Assembly: GCA_964057225.1 (NCBI GenBank)
Contig: OZ059900.1
Location: 3,410,001 to 3,474,000, forward strand
Length of the DNA stretch: 64,000 nt
Source: Auanema rhodensis
Lineage: Eukaryota; Animalia; Nematoda
Reading direction: 5' to 3'
Shown here: positions 31,401 through 43,032 of the stretch, piece after piece
Layout: each line of letters begins with the position of its first letter
Position numbering within the stretch: the stretch's first letter is position 1
Notes under the pieces: generated by a model
The model's input: the letters and a program-made list of their open reading frames with translations, nothing else
Databases searched by the model: none
What the model was told of the DNA's origin: nothing
Program-made: the position numbers and the translations under genes

Positions 31401-31750
31401 AGTATCACAGATTTTGTACCAAAAATCGGTGAGTATATGGTGTTAAAGGCATAAAAACGACCATACTTAGTGTAGTAATGCTATTTGAGCGAAAATCAGT
31501 ATTTAAACATCACTAGCGTTTAATTGATGACTTTTGTTGTTATAGACAATAAAACTATGTTTTTGATCATATATATGAGCGATTTAGCCCAATTGGACTC
31601 AAAACTCGGAAAATTCAAAAATTCTTTCTATTTTCGACCTTTTTTGATCAAAATGAATATATATCAGTGCAAACTCATAAAAATAGACTGATTTTGTTTA
31701 TTGTGTGTTTGATTTTCAAATCTTAACGAATATGATCAAAATTTACGAGT
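20000..31750. repeat. tandem duplication of a 17-monomer block (5901 bp); approximate
   Basis: 20069/25970, 20381/26282, 22117/28018, 23889/29790 and 25276/31177 differ by 5901. Confidence 0.87.
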
Positions 31751-34700
31751 ATTACAGATTTTGTACCAAAAATCGGTGAGTATATGGTGTTAAAGGCATA
31801 AAAACGACCATACTTAGTGTAGTAATGCTATTTGAGCGAAAATCAGTATTTAAACATCACTAGCGTTTAATTGATGACTTTTGTTGTCATAGACAATAAA
31901 ACTATGCTTCTGATCATATAAATGAGCGATTTAGCCAAATTAGACTCAAAACTGGGAAATTTCAAAAATTCTTTCTATTTTCGACCTTTTTTGATCAAAA
32001 TGAATATATATCAGTGCAAGCTCATAAAAATAGACTGATTTTGTGTATTGTATGTTTTATTCTCAAATCTTAACGAATATGATCGAAATTTACGAGTATT
32101 ACAGATTTTGTACCAAAAATCGGTGAGTATATGGTGTTAAAGGCATAAAAACGACCATACTTAGTGTAGTAATGCTATTTGAGCGAAATTCAGTATTTAA
32201 ACATCACTAGCGTTTAATTGATGACTTTTGTTGTCATAGACATTAAAACTATGCTTTTGATCATATAAATGAGCGATTTAGCCAAATTAGACTCAAAACT
32301 CGGAAATTTCAAAAATTCTTTCTATTTTCGACCTTTTTTGATCAAAATGAATAAATATCAGTGCAAACTCATAAAAATAGACTTATTTCGTGTATTTTGT
32401 GTTTGATTCTCGAATCTTAACGAATATGATCAAAATTTACGAGTATCACAGATTTTGTACCAAAAATCGGTGAGTATATGGTGTTAAAGGCATAAAAACG
32501 ACCATACTTAGTGTAGTAATGCTATTTGAGCGAAAATCAGTATTTAAACATCACTAGCGTTTAATTGATGACTTTTGTTGTTATAGACAATAAAACTATG
32601 TTTTTGATCATATATATGAGCGATTTAGCCCAATTGGACTCAAAACTCGGAAAATTCAAAAATTCTTTCTATTTTCGACCTTTTTTGATCAAAATGAATA
32701 TATATCAGTGCAAACTCATAAAAATAGACTGATTTTGTTCATTGTGTGTTTGATTTTTGAATCTTAACAAATATGATCAAAATTTACGAGTATTACAGAT
32801 TTTGTACCAAAAATCGGTGAGTATATGGTGTTAAAGGCATAAAAACGACCATACTTAGTGTAGTAATGCTATTTGAGCGAAAATCAGTATTTAAACATCA
32901 CTAACGTTTAATTGATGACTTTTGTTGTCATAGACAATAAAACTATGCTTCTGATCATATATATGAGCGATTTAGCCAAATTAGACTCAAAACTCGGAAA
33001 TTTCAAAAATTCTTTCTATTTTCGACCTTTTTTGATCAAAATGAAGATATATCAGTGCAAGCTCATAAAAATAGACTGATTTTGTTTATTGTGTGTTTGA
33101 TTTTTGAATCTTAACAAATATGATCAGAATTTACGAGTATTACAGATTTTGTACCAAAAATCGGTGAGTATATGGTGTTAAGGCATAAAAACGACCATAC
33201 TTAGTGTAGTAATGCTATTTGAGCGAAAATCAGTATTTAAACATCACTAGCGTTTAATTGATGACTTTTGTTGTCATAGACATTAAAACTATGCTTTTGA
33301 TCATATAAATGAGCGATTTAGCCAAATTAGACTCAAAACTCGGAAATTTCAAAAATTCTTTCTATTTTCGACCTTTTTTGATCAAAATGAATAAATATCA
33401 GTGCAAACTCATAAAAATAGACTTATTTCGTGTATTTTGTGTTTGATTCTCGAATCTTAACGAATATGATCAAAATTTACGAGTATCACAGATTTTGTAC
33501 CAAAAATCGGTGAGTATATGGTGTTAAAGGCATAAAAACGACCATACTTAGTGTAGTAATGCTATTTGAGCGAAAATCAGTATTTAAACATCACTAGCGT
33601 TTAATTGATGACTTTTGTTGTTATAGACAATAAAACTATGTTTTTGATCATATATATGAGCGATTTAGCCCAATTGGACTCAAAACTCGGAAAATTCAAA
33701 AATTCTTTCTATTTTCGACCTTTTTTGATCAAAATGAATATATATCAGTGCAAACTCATAAAAATAGACTGATTTTGTTTATTGTGTGTTTGATTTTCAA
33801 ATCTTAACGAATATGATCAAAATTTACGAGTATTACAGATTTTGTACCAAAAATCGGTGAGTATATGGTGTTAAAGGCATAAAAACGACCATACTTAGTG
33901 TAGTAATGCTATTTGAGCGAAAATCAGTATTTAAACATCACTAGCGTTTAATTGATGACTTTTGTTGTCATAGACAATAAAACTATGCTTCTGATCATAT
34001 AAATGAGCGATTTAGCCAAATTAGACTCAAAACTGGGAAATTTCAAAAATTCTTTCTATTTTCGACCTTTTTTGATCAAAATGAATATATATCAGTGCAA
34101 GCTCATAAAAATAGACTGATTTTGTGTATTGTATGTTTTATTCTCAAATCTTAACGAATATGATCGAAATTTACGAGTATTACAGATTTTGTACCAAAAA
34201 TCGGTGAGTATATGGTGTTAAAGGCATAAAAACGACCATACTTAGTGTAGTAATGCTATTTGAGCGAAATTCAGTATTTAAACATCACTAGCGTTTAATT
34301 GATGACTTTTGTTGTCATAGACATTAAAACTATGCTTTTGATCATATAAATGAGCGATTTAGCCAAATTAGACTCAAAACTCGGAAATTTCAAAAATTCT
34401 TTCTATTTTCGACCTTTTTTGATCAAAATGAATAAATATCAGTGCAAACTCATAAAAATAGACTTATTTCGTGTATTTTGTGTTTGATTCTCGAATCTTA
34501 ACGAATATGATCAAAATTTACGAGTATCACAGATTTTGTACCAAAAATCGGTGAGTATATGGTGTTAAAGGCATAAAAACGACCATACTTAGTGTAGTAA
34601 TGCTATTTGAGCGAAAATCAGTATTTAAACATCACTAGCGTTTAATTGATGACTTTTGTTGTTATAGACAATAAAACTATGTTTTTGATCATATATATGA

Positions 34701-35476
34701 GCGATTTAGCCCAATTGGACTCAAAACTCGGAAAATTCAAAAATTCTTTCTATTTTCGACCTTTTTTGATCAAAATGAATATATATCAGTGCAAACTCAT
34801 AAAAATAGACTGATTTTGTTCATTGTGTGTTTGATTTTTGAATCTTAACAAATATGATCAAAATTTACGAGTATTACAGATTTTGTACCAAAAATCGGTG
34901 AGTATATGGTGTTAAAGGCATAAAAACGACCATACTTAGTGTAGTAATGCTATTTGAGCGAAAATCAGTATTTAAACATCACTAACGTTTAATTGATGAC
35001 TTTTGTTGTCATAGACAATAAAACTATGCTTCTGATCATATATATGAGCGATTTAGCCAAATTAGACTCAAAACTCGGAAATTTCAAAAATTCTTTCTAT
35101 TTTCGACCTTTTTTGATCAAAATGAAGATATATCAGTGCAAGCTCATAAAAATAGACTGATTTTGTTTATTGTGTGTTTGATTTTTGAATCTTAACAAAT
35201 ATGATCAAAATTTACGAGTATTACAGATTTTGTACCAAAAATCGGTGAGTATATGGTGTTAAGGCATAAAAACGACCATACTTAGTGTAGTAATGCTATT
35301 TGAGCGAAAATCAGTATTTAAACATCACTAGCGTTTAATTGATGACTTTTGTTGTCATAGACAATAAAACTATGCTTCTGATCATATATATGAGCGATTT
35401 AGCCAAATTAGACTCAAAACTCGGAAATTTCAAAAATTCTTTCTATTTTCGACCTTTTTTGATCAAAATGAATATA

Positions 35477-35507
35477 TTAGGTCCCGAACTAAGTCTTGCG
35501 CCCCCCC
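35477..35507. repeat. left terminal inverted repeat of mariner copy 1 (31 bp perfect, followed by TAGT)
   Basis: TTAGGTCCCGAACTAAGTCTTGCGCCCCCCC is the reverse complement of 36750-36780. Confidence 0.93.
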
Positions 35508-35553
35508 TAGTGTGATATGAAAAATCAAAAAAAAAGTATGTAGTTGCAAAAAA

Positions 35554-35559
35554 TTTATT
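35554..35559 (-). terminator. putative polyadenylation signal AATAAA overlapping the transposase stop codon (same in all four copies)
   Basis: Minus strand reads GTT TAA TAAA TTTTTTG, followed by a T-rich tract before the TIR. Confidence 0.55.
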
Positions 35560-36574
35560 AAACACTGTATTGCCCTTTGTTGGCAATAACCTTCTCCCAC
35601 TTTTCTTTCAGCTTTCGAATTCCGTTTCTGAAAAATAGTTTACTTTTAGATGCAAAAAAAATTTTAACAAAATTTTCAACTTCCTCTAAGGTTTTGAAGT
35701 TTTCACCCCTTAAACTATGCTCCATTGATCTAAACAGATGGTAATCTGTTGGAGCAAGATCTGGAGAGTATGGGGGATGCTTCAAAACCGTCCAGTTCAT
35801 GTCCTGAAGCGTCTGTTGGGCTTTCGCACAACAGTGTGGGCGCGCGTTGTCGTGCAGTAGCGCGATGCTCCTGTTTCTGAGCCCCTCATCAGCTTCAATG
35901 GCAGCATGAAGCTTTCTGAGTTGCTCAGAATAGTAGTTCTCATCTATGGTTCTTCCATAAGGAAGAAGCTCATAGAAAAGAACACCGTTTTCGCTCCAGA
36001 AAACGGATAGGAGAGCTTTTTTAGGCGTTTGTGGGTTTGCCCTGGGGGTCATTGGAACTTCCTGCCCAGGGTTTACCCAAAACTTAAGCCTGTTTGGATT
36101 GGAGTAGAGAATCCACTTCTCGTCTCCAGTTACCAAACTTTTGAAAAAACCCCTTTTTTGGCTCATTTTCAGAAGATCCTGAGCCAAACTTATTCTCGAT
36201 CTGAGATTACTCTCAGTCAGAACATGCGGGGAAAAAGGTGAAATTTTATGGATTTTACCCATTTTTTTCAACCTTTTTGAAATAGCAACATCGCTGACTT
36301 TCAGAATGTTTCCCATTTGAAGCTGAGTTGCTCCAGGATTCTCATCCAAAACATTCTGAAGGTCTGCGTTGCTGAATTTCTTACCAGCGCCAGACCTTGG
36401 ACGATCTTTTAAATCGGTTTCGCCCGCTCTAAAACGCGAATACCATCTTTTGCAGGTGCTGTAGTTTGGAGATGAATCTCCATAAACAGCTCTCATTTTT
36501 TTAAAGGCTGCTTTCGCAGATAATCCTTCATTAAAATGATAAAAAAGAGTATGGCGCGCATGAGTAGAATTCAT
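35558..36574 (-). CDS. mariner transposase (338 aa from first ATG, MNSTHARH...), intact DD34D
   Basis: N-terminal HTH region (..RWYSRFRAGETDLKDRPRSG), TGDEKW, HDNARPH and HPPYSPDLAPTDYHLF motifs, with 34 residues between the 2nd and 3rd Asp. The track start at 36628 is a non-ATG codon; the first ATG is at 36574. Confidence 0.95.
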   Translation of the reverse strand: MNSTHARHTLFYHFNEGLSAKAAFKKMRAVYGDSSPNYSTCKRWYSRFRAGETDLKDRPRSGAGKKFSNADLQNVLDENPGATQLQMGNILKVSDVAISKRLKKMGKIHKISPFSPHVLTESNLRSRISLAQDLLKMSQKRGFFKSLVTGDEKWILYSNPNRLKFWVNPGQEVPMTPRANPQTPKKALLSVFWSENGVLFYELLPYGRTIDENYYSEQLRKLHAAIEADEGLRNRSIALLHDNARPHCCAKAQQTLQDMNWTVLKHPPYSPDLAPTDYHLFRSMEHSLRGENFKTLEEVENFVKIFFASKSKLFFRNGIRKLKEKWEKVIANKGQYSV

Positions 36575-36749
36575 AACAGAAAACAGCAAAAAAAAAGATG
36601 GAAAATTAAAAACTAATTTTTCAAACAAAAAAATTTGTTTTTTGAAATTTTTTTTTGATAATATTGTTTTAAATTATTCAAATTTTCTTAATTTTAAATA
36701 ATTTTAAATTTTTTTTTAAATTTTTCGAAAAAATTCGAAAAACTAGGGG

Positions 36750-36780
36750 GGGGGGGCGCAAGACTTAGTTCGGGACCTAA
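36750..36780. repeat. right (transposase-5') terminal inverted repeat of mariner copy 1
   Basis: GGGGGGGCGCAAGACTTAGTTCGGGACCTAA; the G-run is 11 nt here versus C7 at the other end. Confidence 0.93.
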
Positions 36781-37039
36781 TATATCAGTGCAAGCTCATA
36801 AAAATAGACTGATTTTGTGTATTGTATGTTTGATTCTCGAATCTTAACGAATATGATCAAAATGTACGAGTATTACAGATTTTGTACCAAAAATCGGTGA
36901 GTATATGGTGTTAAAGGCATAAAAACGACCATACATAGTGTAGTAATGCTATTTGAGCGAAATTCAGTATTTAAACATCACTAGCGTTTAATTGATGACT
37001 TTTGTTGTTATAGACATTAAAACTATGTTTTTGATCATA

Positions 37040-37047
37040 TACATGTA
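37040..37047. other. TACATGTA: probable Tc1-type excision footprint (6-bp insertion in satellite monomer)
   Basis: Normal GATC-ATATATAT-GAGCG reads GATC-ATATACATGTATAT-GAGCG here. Confidence 0.75.
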
Positions 37048-40000
37048 TATGAGCGATTTAGCCAAATTGGACTCAAAACTCGGAAATTTCAAAAATTATT
37101 TCTATTTTCGACCTTTTTTGATCAAAATGAATAAATATCAGTGCAAACTTGTAAAAATAGACTTATTTTGTGTATTATGTGTTTGATTCTCGAATCTTAA
37201 CAAATATGATCAAAATTTACAAGTATTACAGATTTTGTACCAAAAATCGGTGAGTATATGGTGTTAAAGGCATAAAAACGACCATACTTAGTGTAGTAAT
37301 GCTATTTGAGTGAAATTCAGTGATTTAATCATTATTAGTGTATATTTGAAGACTTTTGTTATCATAGACAGTAAAACTATGCTTTTGATCATATATATGA
37401 GCGATTTAGCCCAATTCGACTCAAAACTCGGAAAATTCAAAAATTCTTTCTATTTTCGACCTTTTTTGATGAAAATGAATATATATCAGTGTAAACTCAT
37501 AAAAATAGACTGATTTTGTGTATTGTGTGTTTGATTCTCAAATCTTAACAAATATGATCAAATTTTACGAGTATTACAGATTTTGTACCAAAAATTGGTG
37601 AGTATATGGTGTTAAAGGCATAAAAACGACCATACTTAGTGTAGTAATGCTATTTGAGCGAAAATCAGTATTTAAACATCACTAGCGTTTAATTGAAGAT
37701 TTTTGTTGTCATAGACAATAAAACTATGCTTCTGATCATATATATGAGCGATTTAGCCAAATTAGACTCAAAACTCGGAAATTTCAAAAATTCTTTCTAT
37801 TTTCGACCTTTTTTGATCAAAATGAATAAATATCAGTGCAAACTCATAAAAATAGACTTATTTCGTGTATTATGTGTTTGTTTCTCGAATCTTAACGAAT
37901 ATGATCAAAATTTACAAGTATTACAGATTTTGTACCAAAAATCGGTGAGTATATGGTGTTAAAGGCATAAAAATGACCATACTTAGTGTAGTAATGCATT
38001 TGAGTGAAATTCAGTGATTTACACATTATTAGTGTATATTTGAAAACTTTTGTTATCATAGACAGTAAAACTATGCTTTTGATCATATATATGAGCGATT
38101 TAGCCCAATTGGACTCAAAACTCGGAAAATTCAAAAATTCTTCTATTTTCGACCTTTTTTGATCAAAATGAATATATATCAGTGCAAACTCATAAATATA
38201 GACTGATTTTGTTTATTGTGTGTTTGATTTTCAAATCTTAACGAATATGATCAAAATTTACGAGTATTACAGATTTTGTACCAAAAATCGGTGAGTATAT
38301 GGTGTTAAAGGCATAAAAACGACCATACTTAGTGTAGTAATGCTATTTGAGCGAAAATCAGTATTTAAACATCACTAGCGTTTAATTGATGACTTTTGTT
38401 GTCATAGACAATAAAACTATGCTTCTGATCATATAAATGAGCGATTTAGCCAAATTAGACTCAAAACTCGGAAATTTCAAAAATTCTTTCTATTTTCGAC
38501 CTTTTTTGATCAAAATGAATATATATCAGTGCAAGCTCATAAAAATAGACTGATTTTGTGTATTGTATGTTTGATTCTCAAATCTTAACGAATATGATCG
38601 AAATTTACGAGTATTACAGATTTTGTACCAAAAATCGGTGAGTATATGGTGTTAAAGGCATAAAAACGACCATACTTAGTGTAGTAATGCTATTTGAGCG
38701 AAATTCAGTATTTAAACATCACTAGCGTTTAATTGATGACTTTTGTTGTCATAGACATTAAAACTATGCTTTTGATCATATAAATGAGCGATTTAGCCAA
38801 ATTAGACTCAAAACTCGGAAATTTCAAAAATTCTTTCTATTTTCGACCTTTTTTGATCAAAATGAATATATATCAGTGCAAACTCATAAAAATAGACTTA
38901 TTTCGTGTATTATGTGTTTGATTCTCGAATGTTAACAAATATGATCAAAATTTACAAGTATTACAGATTTTGTACCAAAAATCGGTGAGTATATGGTGTT
39001 AAAGGCATAAAAACGACCATACTTAGTGTAGTAATGCTATTTGAGCGAAAATCAGTATTTAAACATCACTAGCGTTTAATTGATGACTTTTGTTGTTATA
39101 GACAATAAAACTATGTTTTTGATCATATATATGAGCGATTTAGCCCAATTGGACTCAAAACTCGGAAATTTCAAAAATTCTTTCTATTTTCGACCTTTTT
39201 TGATCAAAATGAATAAATATCAGTGCAAACTCATAAAAATAGACTTATTTCGTGTATTATGTGTTTGATTCTCGAATCTTAACGAATATGATCAAAATTT
39301 ACGAGTATCACAGATTTTGTACCAAAAATCGGTGAGTATATGGTGTTAAAGGCATAAAAACGACCATACTTAGTGTAGTAATGCTATTTGAGCGAAAATC
39401 AGTATTTAAACATCACTAGCGTTTAATTGATGACTTTTGTTGTTATAGACAATAAAACTATGTTTTTGATCATATATATGAGCGATTTAGCCCAATTGGA
39501 CTCAAAACTCGGAAAATTCAAAAATTCTTTCTATTTTCGACCTTTTTTGATCAAAATGAATATATATCAGTGCAAACTCATAAAAATAGACTGATTTTGT
39601 TTATTGTGTGTTTGATTTTCAAATCTTAACGAATATGATCAAAATTTACGAGTATTACAGATTTTGTACCAAAAATCGGTGAGTATATGGTGTTAAAGGC
39701 ATAAAAACGACCATACTTAGTGTAGTAATGCTATTTGAGCGAAAATCAGTATTTAAACATCACTAGCGTTTAATTGATGACTTTTGTTGTCATAGACAAT
39801 AAAACTATGCTTCTGATCATATAAATGAGCGATTTAGCCAAATTAGACTCAAAACTGGGAAATTTCAAAAATTCTTTCTATTTTCGACCTTTTTTGATCA
39901 AAATGAATATATATCAGTGCAAGCTCATAAAAATAGACTGATTTTGTGTATTGTATGTTTTATTCTCAAATCTTAACGAATATGATCGAAATTTACGAGT

Positions 40001-43000
40001 ATTACAGATTTTGTACCAAAAATCGGTGAGTATATGGTGTTAAAGGCATAAAAACGACCATACTTAGTGTAGTAATGCTATTTGAGCGAAATTCAGTATT
40101 TAAACATCACTAGCGTTTAATTGATGACTTTTGTTGTCATAGACATTAAAACTATGCTTTTGATCATATAAATGAGCGATTTAGCCAAATTAGACTCAAA
40201 ACTCGGAAATTTCAAAAATTCTTTCTATTTTCGACCTTTTTTGATCAAAATGAATAAATATCAGTGCAAACTCATAAAAATAGACTTATTTCGTGTATTT
40301 TGTGTTTGATTCTCGAATCTTAACGAATATGATCAAAATTTACGAGTATCACAGATTTTGTACCAAAAATCGGTGAGTATATGGTGTTAAAGGCATAAAA
40401 ACGACCATACTTAGTGTAGTAATGCTATTTGAGCGAAAATCAGTATTTAAACATCACTAGCGTTTAATTGATGACTTTTGTTGTTATAGACAATAAAACT
40501 ATGTTTTTGATCATATATATGAGCGATTTAGCCCAATTGGACTCAAAACTCGGAAAATTCAAAAATTCTTTCTATTTTCGACCTTTTTTGATCAAAATGA
40601 ATATATATCAGTGCAAACTCATAAAAATAGACTGATTTTGTTCATTGTGTGTTTGATTTTTGAATCTTAACAAATATGATCAAAATTTACGAGTATTACA
40701 GATTTTGTACCAAAAATCGGTGAGTATATGGTGTTAAAGGCATAAAAACGACCATACTTAGTGTAGTAATGCTATTTGAGCGAAAATCAGTATTTAAACA
40801 TCACTAACGTTTAATTGATGACTTTTGTTGTCATAGACAATAAAACTATGCTTCTGATCATATATATGAGCGATTTAGCCAAATTAGACTCAAAACTCGG
40901 AAATTTCAAAAATTCTTTCTATTTTCGACCTTTTTTGATCAAAATGAAGATATATCAGTGCAAGCTCATAAAAATAGACTGATTTTGTTTATTGTGTGTT
41001 TGATTTTTGAATCTTAACAAATATGATCAAAATTTACGAGTATTACAGATTTTGTACCAAAAATCGGTGAGTATATGGTGTTAAGGCATAAAAACGACCA
41101 TACTTAGTGTAGTAATGCTATTTGAGCGAAAATCAGTATTTAAACATCACTAGCGTTTAATTGATGACTTTTGTTGTTATAGACAATAAAACTATGTTTT
41201 TGATCATATATATGAGCGATTTAGCCCAATTGGACTCAAAACTCGGAAAATTCAAAAATTCTTTCTATTTTCGACCTTTTTTGATCAAAATGAATATATA
41301 TCAGTGCAAACTCATAAAAATAGACTGATTTTGTTTATTGTGTGTTTGATTTTCAAATCTTAACGAATATGATCAAAATTTACGAGTATTACAGATTTTG
41401 TACCAAAAATCGGTGAGTATATGGTGTTAAAGGCATAAAAACGACCATACTTAGTGTAGTAATGCTATTTGAGCGAAAATCAGTATTTAAACATCACTAG
41501 CGTTTAATTGATGACTTTTGTTGTCATAGACAATAAAACTATGCTTCTGATCATATAAATGAGCGATTTAGCCAAATTAGACTCAAAACTGGGAAATTTC
41601 AAAAATTCTTTCTATTTTCGACCTTTTTTGATCAAAATGAATATATATCAGTGCAAGCTCATAAAAATAGACTGATTTTGTGTATTGTATGTTTTATTCT
41701 CAAATCTTAACGAATATGATCGAAATTTACGAGTATTACAGATTTTGTACCAAAAATCGGTGAGTATATGGTGTTAAAGGCATAAAAACGACCATACTTA
41801 GTGTAGTAATGCTATTTGAGCGAAATTCAGTATTTAAACATCACTAGCGTTTAATTGATGACTTTTGTTGTCATAGACATTAAAACTATGCTTTTGATCA
41901 TATAAATGAGCGATTTAGCCAAATTAGACTCAAAACTCGGAAATTTCAAAAATTCTTTCTATTTTCGACCTTTTTTGATCAAAATGAATAAATATCAGTG
42001 CAAACTCATGAAAATAGACTTATTTCGTGTATTTTGTGTTTGATTCTCGAATCTTAACGAATATGATCAAAATTTACGAGTATCACAGATTTTGTACCAA
42101 AAATCGGTGAGTATATGGTGTTAAAGGCATAAAAACGACCATACTTAGTGTAGTAATGCTATTTGAGCGAAAATCAGTATTTAAACATCACTAGCGTTTA
42201 ATTGATGACTTTTGTTGTTATAGACAATAAAACTATGTTTTTGATCATATATATGAGCGATTTAGCCCAATTGGACTCAAAACTCGGAAAATTCAAAAAT
42301 TCTTTCTATTTTCGACCTTTTTTGATCAAAATGAATATATATCAGTGCAAACTCATAAAAATAGACTGATTTTGTTCATTGTGTGTTTGATTTTTGAATC
42401 TTAACAAATATGATCAAAATTTACGAGTATTACAGATTTTGTACCAAAAATCGGTGAGTATATGGTGTTAAAGGCATAAAAACGACCATACTTAGTGTAG
42501 TAATGCTATTTGAGCGAAAATCAGTATTTAAACATCACTAACGTTTAATTGATGACTTTTGTTGTCATAGACAATAAAACTATGCTTCTGATCATATATA
42601 TGAGCGATTTAGCCAAATTAGACTCAAAACTCGGAAATTTCAAAAATTCTTTCTATTTTCGACCTTTTTTGATCAAAATGAAGATATATCAGTGCAAGCT
42701 CATAAAAATAGACTGATTTTGTTTATTGTGTGTTTGATTTTTGAATCTTAACAAATATGATCAAAATTTACGAGTATTACAGATTTTGTACCAAAAATCG
42801 GTGAGTATATGGTGTTAAGGCATAAAAACGACCATACTTAGTGTAGTAATGCTATTTGAGCGAAAATCAGTATTTAAACATCACTAGCGTTTAATTGATG
42901 ACTTTTGTTGTCATAGACAATAAAACTATGCTTCTGATCATATATATGAGCGATTTAGCCAAATTAGACTCAAAACTCGGAAATTTCAAAAATTCTTTCT

Positions 43001-43032
43001 ATTTTCGACCTTTTTTGATCAAAATGAATATA

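Larger units (their letters stand above)
35477..36780 (-). mobile_element. mariner DNA transposon, copy 1 (1304 bp), full length, TA target-site duplication
   Basis: Ends are TTAGGTCCCGAACTAAGTCTTGCG(C)n and (G)nCGCAAGACTTAGTTCGGGACCTAA. The empty site GA-ATATATAT-CAG becomes GA-ATATA[element]TATAT-CAG, one extra TA. Contains a DD34D transposase ORF. Confidence 0.97.

Noticed and set aside
1-35476. CRISPR array or prokaryotic repeat system
   Set aside because: No unique spacers and no cas genes; contiguous 347-bp monomers.
35477-35481. TTAGG at element ends as an arthropod telomere repeat
   Set aside because: Single copy only; TTAGGT is an ordinary mariner terminus.
36029-36241. 70-aa plus-strand ORF inside each mariner
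   Set aside because: Antisense shadow of the transposase with a non-ATG start and no independent support.
36575-36628. N-terminal extension MFEKLVFNFPSFFLLFSV in the ORF track
   Set aside because: It starts at TTG and is frameshifted in copy 2 by a homopolymer difference. The 338-aa product from the first ATG fits typical mariner size.
37040-37047. Footprint as evidence of local hopping by the resident mariner
   Set aside because: The mariner's termini are TTA...TAA, so CATG cannot derive from them.
24088-38134. 80-aa minus-strand ORFs at 24088, 29989 and 37892
   Set aside because: Chance frames created by 1-bp deletions in one duplicated monomer variant.
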